Assembly (NCBI GenBank): GCA_027923505.1
Contig: BROI01000011.1
Span: 930,001 to 994,000, forward strand
Origin: Mayamaea pseudoterrestris
Lineage: Eukaryota
Direction: 5' to 3'
DNA: 64,000 nt
This document shows positions 31,384-43,444 of the stretch, in pieces. Made by a program: the position numbers and the translations under genes. The notes beneath the pieces were generated by a model. The model made no database searches. It saw only the letters and a program-made list of their open reading frames with translations, and was not told where the DNA came from. Each line of letters begins with the position of its first letter. Positions within the stretch are counted from its first letter, which is position 1.

Positions 31384-34300
31384 TTAGCAAGCAATGCCCA
31401 ATGTCAATAAATATTGGCGAAGACCGTCAAAACGTGCGTCTCCGTCCGGACAGTGAATGATAACAATAACCTGTGTCATGAGCTCTGCAACTGCCAAGTC
31501 CCACATATCCTTCTCGCGTGCTTCGCGAAGCACAAGGGCGCACTCATCCGTTAACCTTGGAACCTCGCTGGAGAGGGCGTAAAGATTATCACTCAATCGC
31601 TTGCGCTGCGCATACGGAAGTGGCAACGATGGATAGCAGAATGCATCAGTCGCATTCAAAACCTTGGACGGGGTGACGACTCGAAATTGATCAACCTTTA
31701 GCTCCATAGGCTCCATAAAGAGCAGATCGGTTGCCTCTGGGGTTCCATTCAGTGTCGCATACGAACGTTTCCTGCTGCCAGTACTCATTGCACTCCGACT
31801 GGGCGTTGTATGTCGAAGTGGTGTCTGAGCAGGTGTAGTCGCGAAAGATGGCGTTGGAGAATGAAGGTTGCTGCGAGGGCTTGAGCGCATTGACTCGGGC
31901 GTAACTTGCGTGGTTGATGTCACGGGTCCGACAGGAGGCAGCCTGCTTCGCATGCGATCCGGCGACGGACGACTTGGCGTCGAGTCATTGGACCCGGGTT
32001 CTCTGGCATCAAAAAAGTTATTCATTTCCGTCAAAGGCGGAGCTAATGACCCAGGCTCATCTGCCGTGAATGCGTTAACCGACGGAAACACCATGACACC
32101 GATGCTGCGAGCGAGCGATTGCTGATACGGGCAAGTGTGGTTCTGCTTCGGCTGCCCACAGAGCTTACAACGATAACGCATTTTGGGTTGTGGACTGGAA
32201 GGGGCCGAATTCAGGCGCTGGTCGCCTCCACTGATGTTGCCATTCGCCTCGTCAGAGTTTCTAAAATCGTTGCCTTCCGCGGTCGTTTGTCCTCGATGAG
32301 GTGAATCCGGGTCGTCCTCGGCGTATTCATCAGATTCATCAGTCTCTAGGCTTATTTCGACGGGAGGCGTCTCTTCAAACTCCCATGATAACCGACTCTG
32401 GTTCTCGTAATAGCGCCTTGGCAGCTCTTCCTCGTATCTGGACTTGGCGCGGCAGTCTGCATGCCGGGCATCGTTGGTCGATGTTGTCGAGCCAGGAGTA
32501 ATGGTGGCGGAAGTTTGCTTGTCCGGGTCATCGTTGTTAGTTCCTCGAAAAATAGAGTTTTCACCATTGCCTTTACTTTGAACGTTGTCGCGACTGTGCG
32601 GATTCCCTCCAAACGCAAAGATGGAGCTCTCGACGCGCCTGCGCGCAAGAGCAACATCCTGAGGCGACGGCTCGCCGTAAGGGACAGCTGATTCGGTGTT
32701 AGTAGACTCTGCTTCGATAGTCACTGGATTCGTCGAGCCTTCCTTGCCGGAGATTGGCGATTCGAGTAAAGCACTCTTTAAACCTGGCAACAAAAACTCG
32801 CAATCTTTGAAAGCTGATTTATACTTTGCCAAGAACTCGTAAAAAACGAGCGTGCCGTCGGCGTTTTCTTGCCCGCGAATGGCTGCGTAGCCGTATGATG
32901 AAGGGCCAGTTGGCGGACCCTCGCCGTATGATCTACTGTAGGGCAAGGATGTCGCGCCAAGACCAAAGGAACCCACGCTCATGCGTAAATGACTGTCATC
33001 CAGTGGACCTGCTCTCGGACCATTCATGGAGTATGACTGATATACCAATTCCTGCGTTGGAGGGTTCGAGGGATCACCACCTCCAACAACCATGGTCGTC
33101 CCTGTCCTTCGCGATTGGCCATTTGCAACTGCCGACACGTTTCCAAACGAGTTTACTGGACTGTAACTAAGCGTCAGTCCTCCCGAGTTCGCGGTAAGCA
33201 GTTGCTGAGCGAAGTTCCCGGATGTTGCGTGTAGAATTTGAGTTGCAGCCTCTGCATCGACGCTGGCGATGCGACCCATTCCAAACGAATCATTCTGCAA
33301 GGTGGAATCGATGTTGAAAATATTTCCTTCGCCAAAACTATCAAAGGATTGGTTGAATAAGGAGTAGGACTGCGCTGTTTCTATCGAGCCAGAGTGTTTG
33401 CTGTCTTCTGGACTTCGGTTTTCCTGAACATAAAAAGCAGTTAGGTTAGCATATTGATGCCACAAAATCAATGAGTCCAAAGTTGCTCCACGTACCGGCA
33501 ACAGTTCACCCGCCTTTTCCGCAAACGCAGCGCTCTTTTTCGCTCCATCCTTTTCCTCAAACGACGCCGACGGTGTCCGCAGCGAAAGTAACAGCTTTTG
33601 CGGCGAGTCAACCATTTCGGCCGACGATGGAGGTGCTGCTGCTGCATCACCGGGACGTCCCCGAAAGACAGACTCGGCCGTGCCTCGTCGGCTTTGCCGA
33701 CTTGACGTTCGACTATCGGTCCGCTCCACCATTCCGCGATGCTCGTGCTCATTGGCAACGAGCGAAACTTTGGGAATATGAATCGGCGTGGCGCCTCCAA
33801 TGACGAGCGACGTTCCGCCGCCGCCGCCATGTGGTTGCGGTGGAGGCCGATGGCCCATGTTTAGTGCATTGGATCGAACGCCACCGCGCCCGTGATGACT
33901 GTAGCGGTAATCGACTGGGTATGGTCCACTGTGTCGCGAAGGTCGATGGTGGGGATGATGGTGCGGTGTTGGAGGCAGTGGCTGTCCTCGCTCATCATAG
34001 TATTGTTCGCGCGGCATATCGCGGTACCTACCGTCGTGGTGGTAGCGGTCGTCTCGATAGCGAACATTGGAAGTGTATCCTTGCGGATACTCGTTTTGAT
34101 AGCGATAGGATGATCGAGCGGCCGCATCCTCTGGACCAGTCGGCCAATTATGACTACCACTTTGTGGTGGATGCGGCGGCGGAGGTCCTTGTTGATGATG
34201 ATGGTAATGCTGCTGCTGCTTGTCGTAACCATTATGATATCCAGCAGCCGGTGGATCGTCTCGAGCGCTGCTTTCTGGCCATGCCGAGTGTGTTGGTGGC

Positions 34301-34587
34301 AGTCGACCGCCCGCACCTCCACCACTAGTAGTTGGCGGCGGACCATTCGAGTAAGCCTTGGCTGCTGCTGCCGCCGCGGCAGCGGCCGACGATGGGTTCT
34401 CTCCTCCACCACCGTTTCCAAGCACTACCACGGACGATGGCGGAAAGGGCGATCCTCCACCTAATGGCCGCCCCATGGTGGGAGGCGACCGTGATCGGGT
34501 TCTTCCGCCTCGTCGGCTCGTTGCCGTCGTTCGGGGCGGACCTCCGCCGGACGATGGCGATGGACTCGCGTTCACTGCGACTGGCAT
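31384..34587 (-). CDS. Uncharacterised low-complexity protein with CX2CX6HXC zinc knuckle and conserved C-terminal domain; probable 72-nt in-frame intron at 33424-33495
   Basis: RYRCKLCGQPKQNHTCPY; His/Pro/Gly-rich N-terminus; ends ...QYLLTLGIAC; paralogous to the 51523-53457 gene. Confidence 0.85.
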   Translation of the reverse strand: MPVAVNASPSPSSGGGPPRTTATSRRGGRTRSRSPPTMGRPLGGGSPFPPSSVVVLGNGGGGENPSSAAAAAAAAAKAYSNGPPPTTSGGGAGGRLPPTHSAWPESSARDDPPAAGYHNGYDKQQQHYHHHQQGPPPPHPPQSGSHNWPTGPEDAAARSSYRYQNEYPQGYTSNVRYRDDRYHHDGRYRDMPREQYYDERGQPLPPTPHHHPHHRPSRHSGPYPVDYRYSHHGRGGVRSNALNMGHRPPPQPHGGGGGTSLVIGGATPIHIPKVSLVANEHEHRGMVERTDSRTSSRQSRRGTAESVFRGRPGDAAAAPPSSAEMVDSPQKLLLSLRTPSASFEEKDGAKKSAAFAEKAGELLPVRGATLDSLILWHQYANLTAFYVQENRSPEDSKHSGSIETAQSYSLFNQSFDSFGEGNIFNIDSTLQNDSFGMGRIASVDAEAATQILHATSGNFAQQLLTANSGGLTLSYSPVNSFGNVSAVANGQSRRTGTTMVVGGGDPSNPPTQELVYQSYSMNGPRAGPLDDSHLRMSVGSFGLGATSLPYSRSYGEGPPTGPSSYGYAAIRGQENADGTLVFYEFLAKYKSAFKDCEFLLPGLKSALLESPISGKEGSTNPVTIEAESTNTESAVPYGEPSPQDVALARRRVESSIFAFGGNPHSRDNVQSKGNGENSIFRGTNNDDPDKQTSATITPGSTTSTNDARHADCRAKSRYEEELPRRYYENQSRLSWEFEETPPVEISLETDESDEYAEDDPDSPHRGQTTAEGNDFRNSDEANGNISGGDQRLNSAPSSPQPKMRYRCKLCGQPKQNHTCPYQQSLARSIGVMVFPSVNAFTADEPGSLAPPLTEMNNFFDAREPGSNDSTPSRPSPDRMRSRLPPVGPVTSTTQVTPESMRSSPRSNLHSPTPSFATTPAQTPLRHTTPSRSAMSTGSRKRSYATLNGTPEATDLLFMEPMELKVDQFRVVTPSKVLNATDAFCYPSLPLPYAQRKRLSDNLYALSSEVPRLTDECALVLREAREKDMWDLAVAELMTQVIVIIHCPDGDARFDGLRQYLLTLGIAC

Positions 34588-35412
34588 GGTAAATCTAATT
34601 TAGAGTGTTGCTGATTAGTGGTTATGAGAAACTGTCGACGCCTTTGCAATGATCCGGAAGACAGCTCGTTTAAACTGTGAGAAGAGAAGCAGAGGAACGA
34701 ATAAATGAGAGTTAGTATGGCGCATTTGATCATCTGCTGCATCCACTGATACATCATGAACTCTCTTTGTCTGCAGTCCATTCATCAAGAATCTATATCA
34801 ACTGCACCTCCAATCTGATGCAGCATTTAAACTGCAAAGACGAACGGAAGCACCTCCAGGGCTAAGTTCTCCAAGAAGTCTTGCTTTGCACCAACACTTT
34901 CTGTCATCATTATACGTTCTCTTTGCTTCTCTTTTTCAAACTCACCACTGCTGCACAGTTATATGCGACTAAAGTATACTGCAAAAAGGCCAACGAAACA
35001 AAAACATGGATGAGCTCAAGAGACTCGTTGTGTGTGTTGTTGATCGGTTGAACGGTCGCTTCGTCTGCGTTGCGCTTGGGAGAACCGGAGCGACTCATGG
35101 AACGACGTCGAAGGTTCGATTACTCGCTCGCGCATCCACAACATATATCTAACAACGCAAAGGCTCTATGCTCCGCAGTTGCCAATGCTAAAGCCTGAAG
35201 GACTTGGGGCGTTGAGCGATTGATAGCTACTAGCGTAGTCGTTCTGCAGCGTCGCATCTTTCAACGATGGATCAATTGTCGTATGTATCAGTCGCGCAAG
35301 CGTTGTTCGTCCCTCCACTAACGTAGCTCATACCTTGACCATTTCACTTCACATTATACAACTAGCTGATGTAACATGGCAACTTATTCCAACATTGAAC
35401 TAACCAACATGA

Positions 35413-36585
35413 TTAACGCATTGGACGCAAACGACACTTGCCATTGCCTCGCGCCGACATTGCTTCCTTGTATTGAATGCTGCGACTAGACGGAATAAAG
35501 GTTACATGCTGCAAATCAGGTCCACTTTGCGAAATGAATCGATTCTTGAGCGGCTGAAGAAGCTTGTCGCGAATACTTTGTCGTTGTTTCCGCGCGCACT
35601 CATCACGGTCAATCGACGTGAGCAAATCCATCAAGTTGAAGACTTGCACGCCAGCTGGTTCCTCCGCAACAATGGCTTTTTTGTTTCTCGACCGCAACGT
35701 TTGCCAGGCACTTTGCATGTCCTCATAGTTGAAGAACATTGGAATTTCATGCTGCACACCAGTCGTCAGTCGCTTGATTAATGGCAATCGCTTTTGCATT
35801 TGCGGATTCCAAAAGACTGGAATACCAGTGTAGCCGTCCATGTGAGCATTCGCCGCTTGCATGGCCGTTTGCTTCTTTTGGCGGTTCATCTTGCTCTCCT
35901 GCTTGGTCCGACGTCGCTCCAGTCGCGTGGCGTCAATGGCCGATGTCCCCAAGACTGCCGCTTGCGCATCCTCGGTGGGATTGTCGGAAAACAAGCCGAC
36001 GCGCTCTCGTCCAATGCATCGGGCTGCATAGTATAGTTGACGCTTTGGCGGTACAATCTTGTAGCGCAGTGAACCGCTATCGGATGGCAGACTGCCCGTC
36101 AGCGGATCTGGTGGTTGACCCGTCAGCAAGCCGCCGCCCAAGTTGGATGCCTGGCGTAGAGCCTTGGCAAGACTAAAGGATGTCAGGCGCAAGTCTGCCG
36201 ACTGCATGTTCTCCATTTGCTTCATTTCTCCATGAACGCCAAGCGCATCGTCTGGATCCATAAAGTAGAGACATACGGTTCGAAACTCGTTGCTTTCGTC
36301 CGTGACGGACTGGGGCTTGTTGCCACTGGTACGTGCAGTATCTTGATCCAAGCCAGAAACCTTTTCCATGTTCATGTAGGGACTTCCCCATGGCGTAGTG
36401 ACGGAAAAGACGGGATGTCCGCCCACTCGGTCATATGGAGTGTCGCTCTGGGTGGCCGATCCGAAGAGCGAATTGAGGTTCAAGAAGCGACGGATCTGTC
36501 GAGGAATTTGAACATGAACTGGATAATCCGAGGCATCGACTGAAGATGCTAGTAGAGTAAGGGAGACTACCGGTAGTAGGCGCAT
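35413..36585 (-). CDS. Tic22-like protein with signal peptide
   Basis: PVFSVTTPWGSPY, LYFMDPDDA, GIPVF, IPMFFNYEDMQSAW, VQVFNL, FIPS follow the Tic22 two-lobe motif order. Start MRLLPVVSLTLLASSVDA. Confidence 0.7.
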   Translation of the reverse strand: MRLLPVVSLTLLASSVDASDYPVHVQIPRQIRRFLNLNSLFGSATQSDTPYDRVGGHPVFSVTTPWGSPYMNMEKVSGLDQDTARTSGNKPQSVTDESNEFRTVCLYFMDPDDALGVHGEMKQMENMQSADLRLTSFSLAKALRQASNLGGGLLTGQPPDPLTGSLPSDSGSLRYKIVPPKRQLYYAARCIGRERVGLFSDNPTEDAQAAVLGTSAIDATRLERRRTKQESKMNRQKKQTAMQAANAHMDGYTGIPVFWNPQMQKRLPLIKRLTTGVQHEIPMFFNYEDMQSAWQTLRSRNKKAIVAEEPAGVQVFNLMDLLTSIDRDECARKQRQSIRDKLLQPLKNRFISQSGPDLQHVTFIPSSRSIQYKEAMSARGNGKCRLRPMR

Positions 36586-36910
36586 GTTAGAAACGCTTTT
36601 GATTGAAAAAGACTTGCAGCAAAGTTGCAGATCAACTTGACGCTCGCTAGCTCGTTCCGTCATGGAGGCAAGCGCTGCGACGATTGTGTGGCGGGCCGCG
36701 TGGGCGCGCCAAAATTGCCAAGCGGCACTGAAAAAGCAAAAATTGCGACACTCGCGCGAGTCACACGGTCACATGCCCAGATCCGCGAAACAACAAGGAG
36801 CCGACCAAAAATTTCCTTGCACAGGCGCTATTAACGAAGCTGTTGACTGAGAAAGCCATCGACTGCATGCAGGCTAGCTAGAAGGATTCATTAGTTGCAA
36901 AGCTGAAATC

Positions 36911-39900
36911 ATGTCGTCGTACTTTTCGAGCGTCTTTGGCGGTGCGACCGACGACAAGCCCAAGACCAAGCATGGCTTGTTTGTCGCGACAGTCCTCATG
37001 CCATTGGTGCTTCAGCTACAAAAGGAAATTAGAGGCAGAAAATACAAGGTACGAGAATGCAAAGGGGCTAGTTGCTTTTATTTTACTTTTTGTTACATGT
37101 TAAAATCTCTCACCATTCTATGACCTCTTGCTGTTGCTCGACTGCTGACACCATTCGCAACAGGAAGTCCAAGGCGTCTTTGACGCTGCCGTCGAATCTT
37201 TGAAAGTGTTCGAAGCGGAACAAAGTGAATCCGCAGCTATAGAAACGGCAACTGTCACGACGGAAGACTTGTCGGAAAGCCACGAAGAGTCATCCGAGTT
37301 TGTCAATGTTAACGTCAAGAACAATTCGACCCTGCAGGAAGCACTCGGCGACTTGGATCGTGCCATGGTGGATGTGGATGATCCGCAGTCGCGCGAACCA
37401 ATTGAACCGGCCATTGAAACGACTTTGGAAGCATTCATTGCCGTACTGTCGCATCCAAGTAAAGTTACCAAACCTTGCGACTTGGCGTTGGAAGGCATTG
37501 CCCTCTTGGTGGCGAACCGATACGTTTCGGGCCGCGCCGGCGGCATGACGGACACGAGTGGCAGTGGCCCCAAAGCATTGGAAATTGCGACGCAGCAAGG
37601 CGTTCGACCGCCTCCTCCTAGCCTACTACATCGTCTTGTGGAAAGTGTCGCAAAAATGTCTGAATCAGTAGTCGAGTCGACGCAAGCTTGCATGATCAAG
37701 ACGATGCGAACCATTATGACTTCGCCCAAGTGTGCCGTCCACGAGTCGACCATGCTGCTTGCTATTCGGTCCATTTTTCATGTTTATCTCATTTCAAAAT
37801 CATCCACTGTCAAGGACTTGGCCAAGTCGGCACTCTTGGACATGGATCGACTAATCATGGGACGCATGGAGGCGTACGAGGCAATGTCAAAAACGAAAGA
37901 GCAACAACCAAGGGTCAATGGCGGCACCACTGAAGCGGAAACGTACGATGACAAGAGCACTGCATTCGCCTCGCAGTATCATGCGGATAGCTATGCGCTG
38001 TTTCGATCGCTTTGTAAAATGTCGTCCAAGGAAATTACAGAGGACAAGCAAGACGATGTTCCACTTGGCTTTTCGTTCTTCAATCAGCAAGCGGATCCAA
38101 TGGATTTTGAGGGCAAGATTCTATCGTTGGAGCTTATCTTGGCTGCTGTAGAATTTTCTGGCGAGGCCTTTTGCGAGGGAGACAGATTCGTTTACCTGGT
38201 GCAACACTATCTTTGCGTGTCGCTGCTGAAGAACTGCATGTCAAATAATACACAAGTCGCGTACCTGTCGCAAAAAATCTTTCTCGTTTTGGTAAGTAAT
38301 ACATCAGATGTTGTGCCGACTGCTTGCTTTGCCGTTTGTGAGGCAATCTGACCTTTGGCTTTCGCAGTTGTTCAAATTTAAAGGAGACCTCAAGCAAGAA
38401 ATAGAAGTGTTCATGTCTAATGTCTTTCTTAGAGTGCTCGAGTCCGAGAACTCATCGTTTAAGCAGAAAGGCTTGGTGCTTGAATCTCTACGCGGTCTTT
38501 GCGGAGACCCGGTCCTCTTAACGCAATTGTTTCTCAACTACGATTGCGACTTTGATTCGTCCAATTTGTACAAGGACATTGTCCATATGCTTACAAAAAT
38601 TGGTGGTAAAGCGACGTCATCGATGCTCGGAAGTCTGACAGCATCAAAAAAGGAAGCGGAGCAAGAATTTGAGCTTAGTTTAGCAGGACTTGAAGTGCTC
38701 GTCGCGATTTTGAAAGCATGTCTGAAGGCACTCGGGCTACCGGGAGGCGAAAGCGACCAGAAAGATGACACGGCTGGAGCTAAGATACGCGGCATGCTTC
38801 AAATTGATATCGGATTGGCTGTTGCAAGACCGCCGGATGCCTCAACAATTGCAGCGTTACATGATAGCATGAATGGCGACGAGTTAGCGGTCTCGGTTCG
38901 TGACATAAAAGCGGAAGATCCAGCTGGCACCTTTGCGGATAAGATTGTCGATGCCTTCGAACAGAAGAGAACAGCCGAAGAAAAGTTTGAGACTGGATCT
39001 GTGAAGTTTACTTTGAACCTCAAAACTGGGTTAAATTATTTCATTGAAAATGGCTATTTTGAGAGAAATGCTAAAGCCGTGGCATTGTTCTTTCTTGCGA
39101 ATAAGGACAAGCTGGACAAGACTCAAATGGGTGAAGTACTTGGGCGAGAGCCGGACGCAGCTTTCGTCAAAGGCGAGAAACTTGATGCCGACCAAGGCGG
39201 CAAAGGCTTCTACGTTCGTATCTTGCATCATTACGCCGATGCTTTGGATTTAACCGGGCTCGAGTTTGATGAGGCTATTCGCTTATTTTTGTCCGGATTC
39301 CGTCTTCCTGGCGAGGCTCAGAAAATTGATAGGATCATGGAGAAATTCGCACAGCGTTACGTTGAACAGAACATGAATGTCTTTCCTTCCGCAGATACTG
39401 CCTTTATTTTAGCGTTTTCCGTCATTATGCTTAACACCGATCTCCACAACCCAAGCATAAAGCCTGAAAAGCGCATGTCGCTTGATGGGTTCATCAGAAA
39501 CAATCGAGGCATTGGTGACAACGGAAGTGATCTTCCAGAAGCTTTTCTCACTGATATTTACAACCGCATCAGAGATCGACCATTTAGTCTCAAGGAAGAC
39601 GATGCAGCCCGCGAGCGCGTGGCCCCCCAAAAGTCCATGTTTGAGGCTTCCGTCTTTTTTGAAGGAGCTGCCCTCTTTGGAACGACCACGGAAGACCGTA
39701 AGCGTGATAAATTTAAGAAAGAGCGGGACGAGATTATGGAGGTAACGCAACAACTTGTCCGTCGGCGCACGTCAAAAAAAGACAAGTCAAAGTCGACATC
39801 GCTGTTTACAGAGACAATTCCAGCCGCCGAGGTAGTAAAACCAATCTTCCACGACACATGGGGCCCAATGCTTGGTTTACTGTCACAAACATTAGAGTGC

Positions 39901-42900
39901 GCCGACGATGAAAGGAGTACGGCGCTGTGTCTCAATGCTTTTGTTTATGCCATCAGGATCGCGGCGCACAGTGATATGACTCTTGCACGCGACACATTCA
40001 TATCATCACTCGGCAAATTCACATACTTGGGCTCGATGAAAGACATGAAAAAGAAGAATGTTGAAAGCATTAAGACACTTCTGAGCATTGCTGTTATTGA
40101 TGGCGAACACTTAGGTGATAGCTGGGCGTGCGTTTTGCAATGCATCAGCCAAATCTCCCGATTGAGACTTTCCGCCTCCGGTCTGCGAACCGATGAAAGC
40201 TTTCTTGTAGAACCAGACAAGCCAAAGCAGCAGCCTGCGAAAAGCGGTCGAGATTTTTTTCGAATGCCAGCGCCTGCTGCGCCAACGAAGGTTGAAATAA
40301 TGCAGGCAACTGAGGACAATAACGGATCTTTAGTACTTGAAGCAGTTCAAGAAGTTTTAATCGACAAGGTGTTTTCGTCTACCGTCAACCTTACAGCGTA
40401 TGCGCTGATTGATTTTCTCACGCAGCTAATTGTGGTGTCTTCTGCTGAGATTGACGGAAAATCAAAGTTTGGTATCACGGGCGTCGATTCGAACCTAGCC
40501 GATCACGCGCCTGCTATTAATTCACGGAGAGCAGGAAGCGAGGGTCCGAGCGTGTTCTCTCTCCTCAAGCTGGTTGAAGTGGCTGACTACAACATGGATA
40601 CCAGGCCAAGATTGGTTTGGTCGCAAGTCTGGGAGAAGATGGCAGCCCATTTTGCCAAAATTGCATGCCATGAGAACGTTCAGATAGCTGCATTTTCGAT
40701 CGACGCTCTTAAGCAGCTGAGTTCCAAGTTCCTTGAAAAACCTGAGCTCGCTGAGTTTAATTTCCAGCGCATGTTTATGAACCCTTTTTTGGTGGTGATG
40801 GAGAACGAGAACAGCAAGCCTGAGATTCGTGAGATGGTTTTACAAGTGATTGACAACACTATTCGGACTCGGTCTCGCAATCTTCGCAGTGGCTGGAAGG
40901 TTATTTTCTCCATCATAAAGCGGTCTGCAGTAGATCGCGACGAAAAGATTGACTTTATGGGCTTGTCGGTTTTGCAGCGTTTACTTGACGAGCATTTGAC
41001 GGAACTTTGTAGCCTTTCTGATAGCAAATCTGAGTCTGATGAGACGACTGAATTGTCCGCAGCCGAGATCCGAGAACGCAACAGCAACGTCGATGATTTT
41101 GTTGGGCTATGCCGCGCATCATTATCTTTTGTTCACCAGGAAGAATCAGACTCTGCGCGACCCATCGGAATAACTATGCGCGCTTTCAGTCACGTCGCAA
41201 TTTATGCCGATCTACTGGCGGAAAAGCAAGTTCTGCCGCCGGCGTCGGGAGCACAGGTAAGATCGGTCTAATCGTATTTTGACATCCGTACATTTTGTTG
41301 TCACTGACCCATATTTGTTAAGTCTACGGATCCGACTGGTTCAGGGTACACCTACGATGGTCTGTCAAGTAAAGATGCGCTGGAAATGGTCCTCTGGCGA
41401 CCCCTTTACGAAGGTCTTGCCGCGGGAATACGTTCTTCGTCGAAAAGTACCGCTGGAGGTGTTGGCTGTCTCCTTCAACGTTCTAGTGTAATGGCGCTTC
41501 GCTCTATCATGCTCAGGCACGGAAACCAATTTACCACCGATCAATTACAGGCAATCCTGGAGCAGAGCATCTTGCCCGCTATTCAAGTTGGTGCTGAATT
41601 GGACAAGTCTCCTGTCATTCGCATTTTGTCTGAGTCTCCAGCAGTCTCAAGTATTGACTTTTTGGTGGAAGCTCCTCATATACCACCTCCACCAAATGAT
41701 ATTTCGATTCTCTCGTTTCGGACTCTTCACCCTCCGCTTAAACGTTCGATTGGGCCGGCTGAACTGATGCTCGAAGCTAGCTTCGCCGATTTGCGTCATG
41801 GCGGAGATGGCGACTTAAGAAAAGCCTTTGCACTCGCAAAAAAGTCTGGTCAGCCGTCAACGCTTGAGCAGCCTTTCCCTGACAGCTGGATTGTGACAAC
41901 CGCACCACTTGCTTTAGGCCTTTTGACTGATGTCATTACAGAGATTTGCATATGGCGAGGCTCAAAAGGACGCGAGAAAATCTGGCCGTTGATTGTCGAG
42001 CAGTTCGAGGCTTGGTGCATTCATTCTAACGAAAAGAGATACGGCAATATCCAGTGGCGACCATGCGAAGCACTTGTACGCATCTCGTGCCGCGAGATTC
42101 GTCGCTGTTTAATTCGGTTGTCGTCATGGGTGCAAGAGCGCGATAACGCTGAAGCATCATTTTGGGCATCGACCGTTCTTTCCATGTTCTCCAGAGTTTT
42201 ATCAAGAAGTCTTGAGACTGAAGAAGCTACGATGAAATATCTAATTCGCGCAAAAACGAACGCTATGTCACGAGGAAAGGTGGAGGAACTCGACCAATCA
42301 GACCAGTCTAATACTCCTGCGGCGGCTGGGCGCGTCAATACCCCCTTTGGCAAGGGCACTGTACTTGAAACTAAAACTGCAATTTTCAACCACATGTCTA
42401 ACGGCTTATCACCCAAGGGTAAGTCTGAGTCCCCGAAGCAGCGTTTTAAAATTAGAGACTACTTTGGCAATCAACAAGCCATTGAGGAGTTGTCAGGCGG
42501 CACTTTTGTGACTACATCGGTGATCGAGCTTGACTTTGGCGCGACGCTCTACCAACCTGTCGGAATCTCCGCAGACAAGAAGCGCTCAGTAGATGGATCT
42601 ATTCAAGGCTCTTACTGGGAAAAGTTCGTTCCCGAGCTTAAGATTCGATGCACCGTCGCCCACTGTCTACAAGTTACACTGGCCGAAACAATTAAAATGT
42701 TTGCACCGCTCGCGACGGAAGAGATTACAGCAAAGTTGCTAAATGATTTGAGCTTTTCGCAAAAGACGGCCGAGTCTGCTCTTGTGAATCAGGACATTTC
42801 CACCGCATTCCAAGAGGCACTGCTGAGCGAGTGGGGCGATGGCGTTGCGGCCGTCGACGAAGCCTTGGAGACAGCTGCCAGACTGTCGCATCTGCATGGA

Positions 42901-43377
42901 AGCGGAATGTACTTTTTGACGCAGGAATCGAGCGCCACGCGAGCTGCCATGGCCATTTTATCGAACCTGTACACGTCTGTAGACGACTCGGTCGGCAGCA
43001 CTGGCGACTATTGGGATAAGGAAGCATTTGCAGAGCCGTTGCTGCTAAAGATCATGTCAGAAGTTCTCGACCGATTCCTTACATCGGAGGAGTTGGATGG
43101 AGGTCTCGTCGATCCAAAGGTATGGCGCAATGTGTCAGAATCTGGAAGCAAGGTTGCACTATATTGCACGTCATTTGCATCCGTCGTCGTGGAGATACTT
43201 CACATGATCCAGTCGTTCAAGCCTGGCCAATTTGAAAAGCAGAAGCAAGAGCTCTTTCCAATCTTGTGTGACCTTGTTCGAGTGCAGAGCGAAGAGATTC
43301 GCATGCTGGTACGAGGCATATTGATGACTCAAGTTGGACCATTGATCGGCGTACCATGCGATTTGGCGTCAGCCTAG
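36911..43377 (+). CDS. SEC7: Large Sec7-domain ARF-GEF (BIG1/2/Sec7 type), 4 exons (36911-37048, 37164-38291, 38368-41256, 41323-43377)
   Basis: DCB/HUS (FLNYDCD), Sec7 FRLPGEAQKIDRIMEKFA, IMLNTDLHN, HDS motifs (NLRSGWK). Three phase-0 GT-AG introns join the ORF-track pieces. Confidence 0.93.
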
Positions 43378-43444
43378 TCTTGAATATAAGCGCGTCACTT
43401 TAAACGTTATTTTTAACAGCTCTACCATTAAAATTTCTACATGG

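Noticed and set aside
31384..31398. C-terminal GIAC of both zinc-knuckle paralogues as a prenylation signal
   Set aside because: The Cys is the last residue, so it fits neither CaaX nor CC/CXC.
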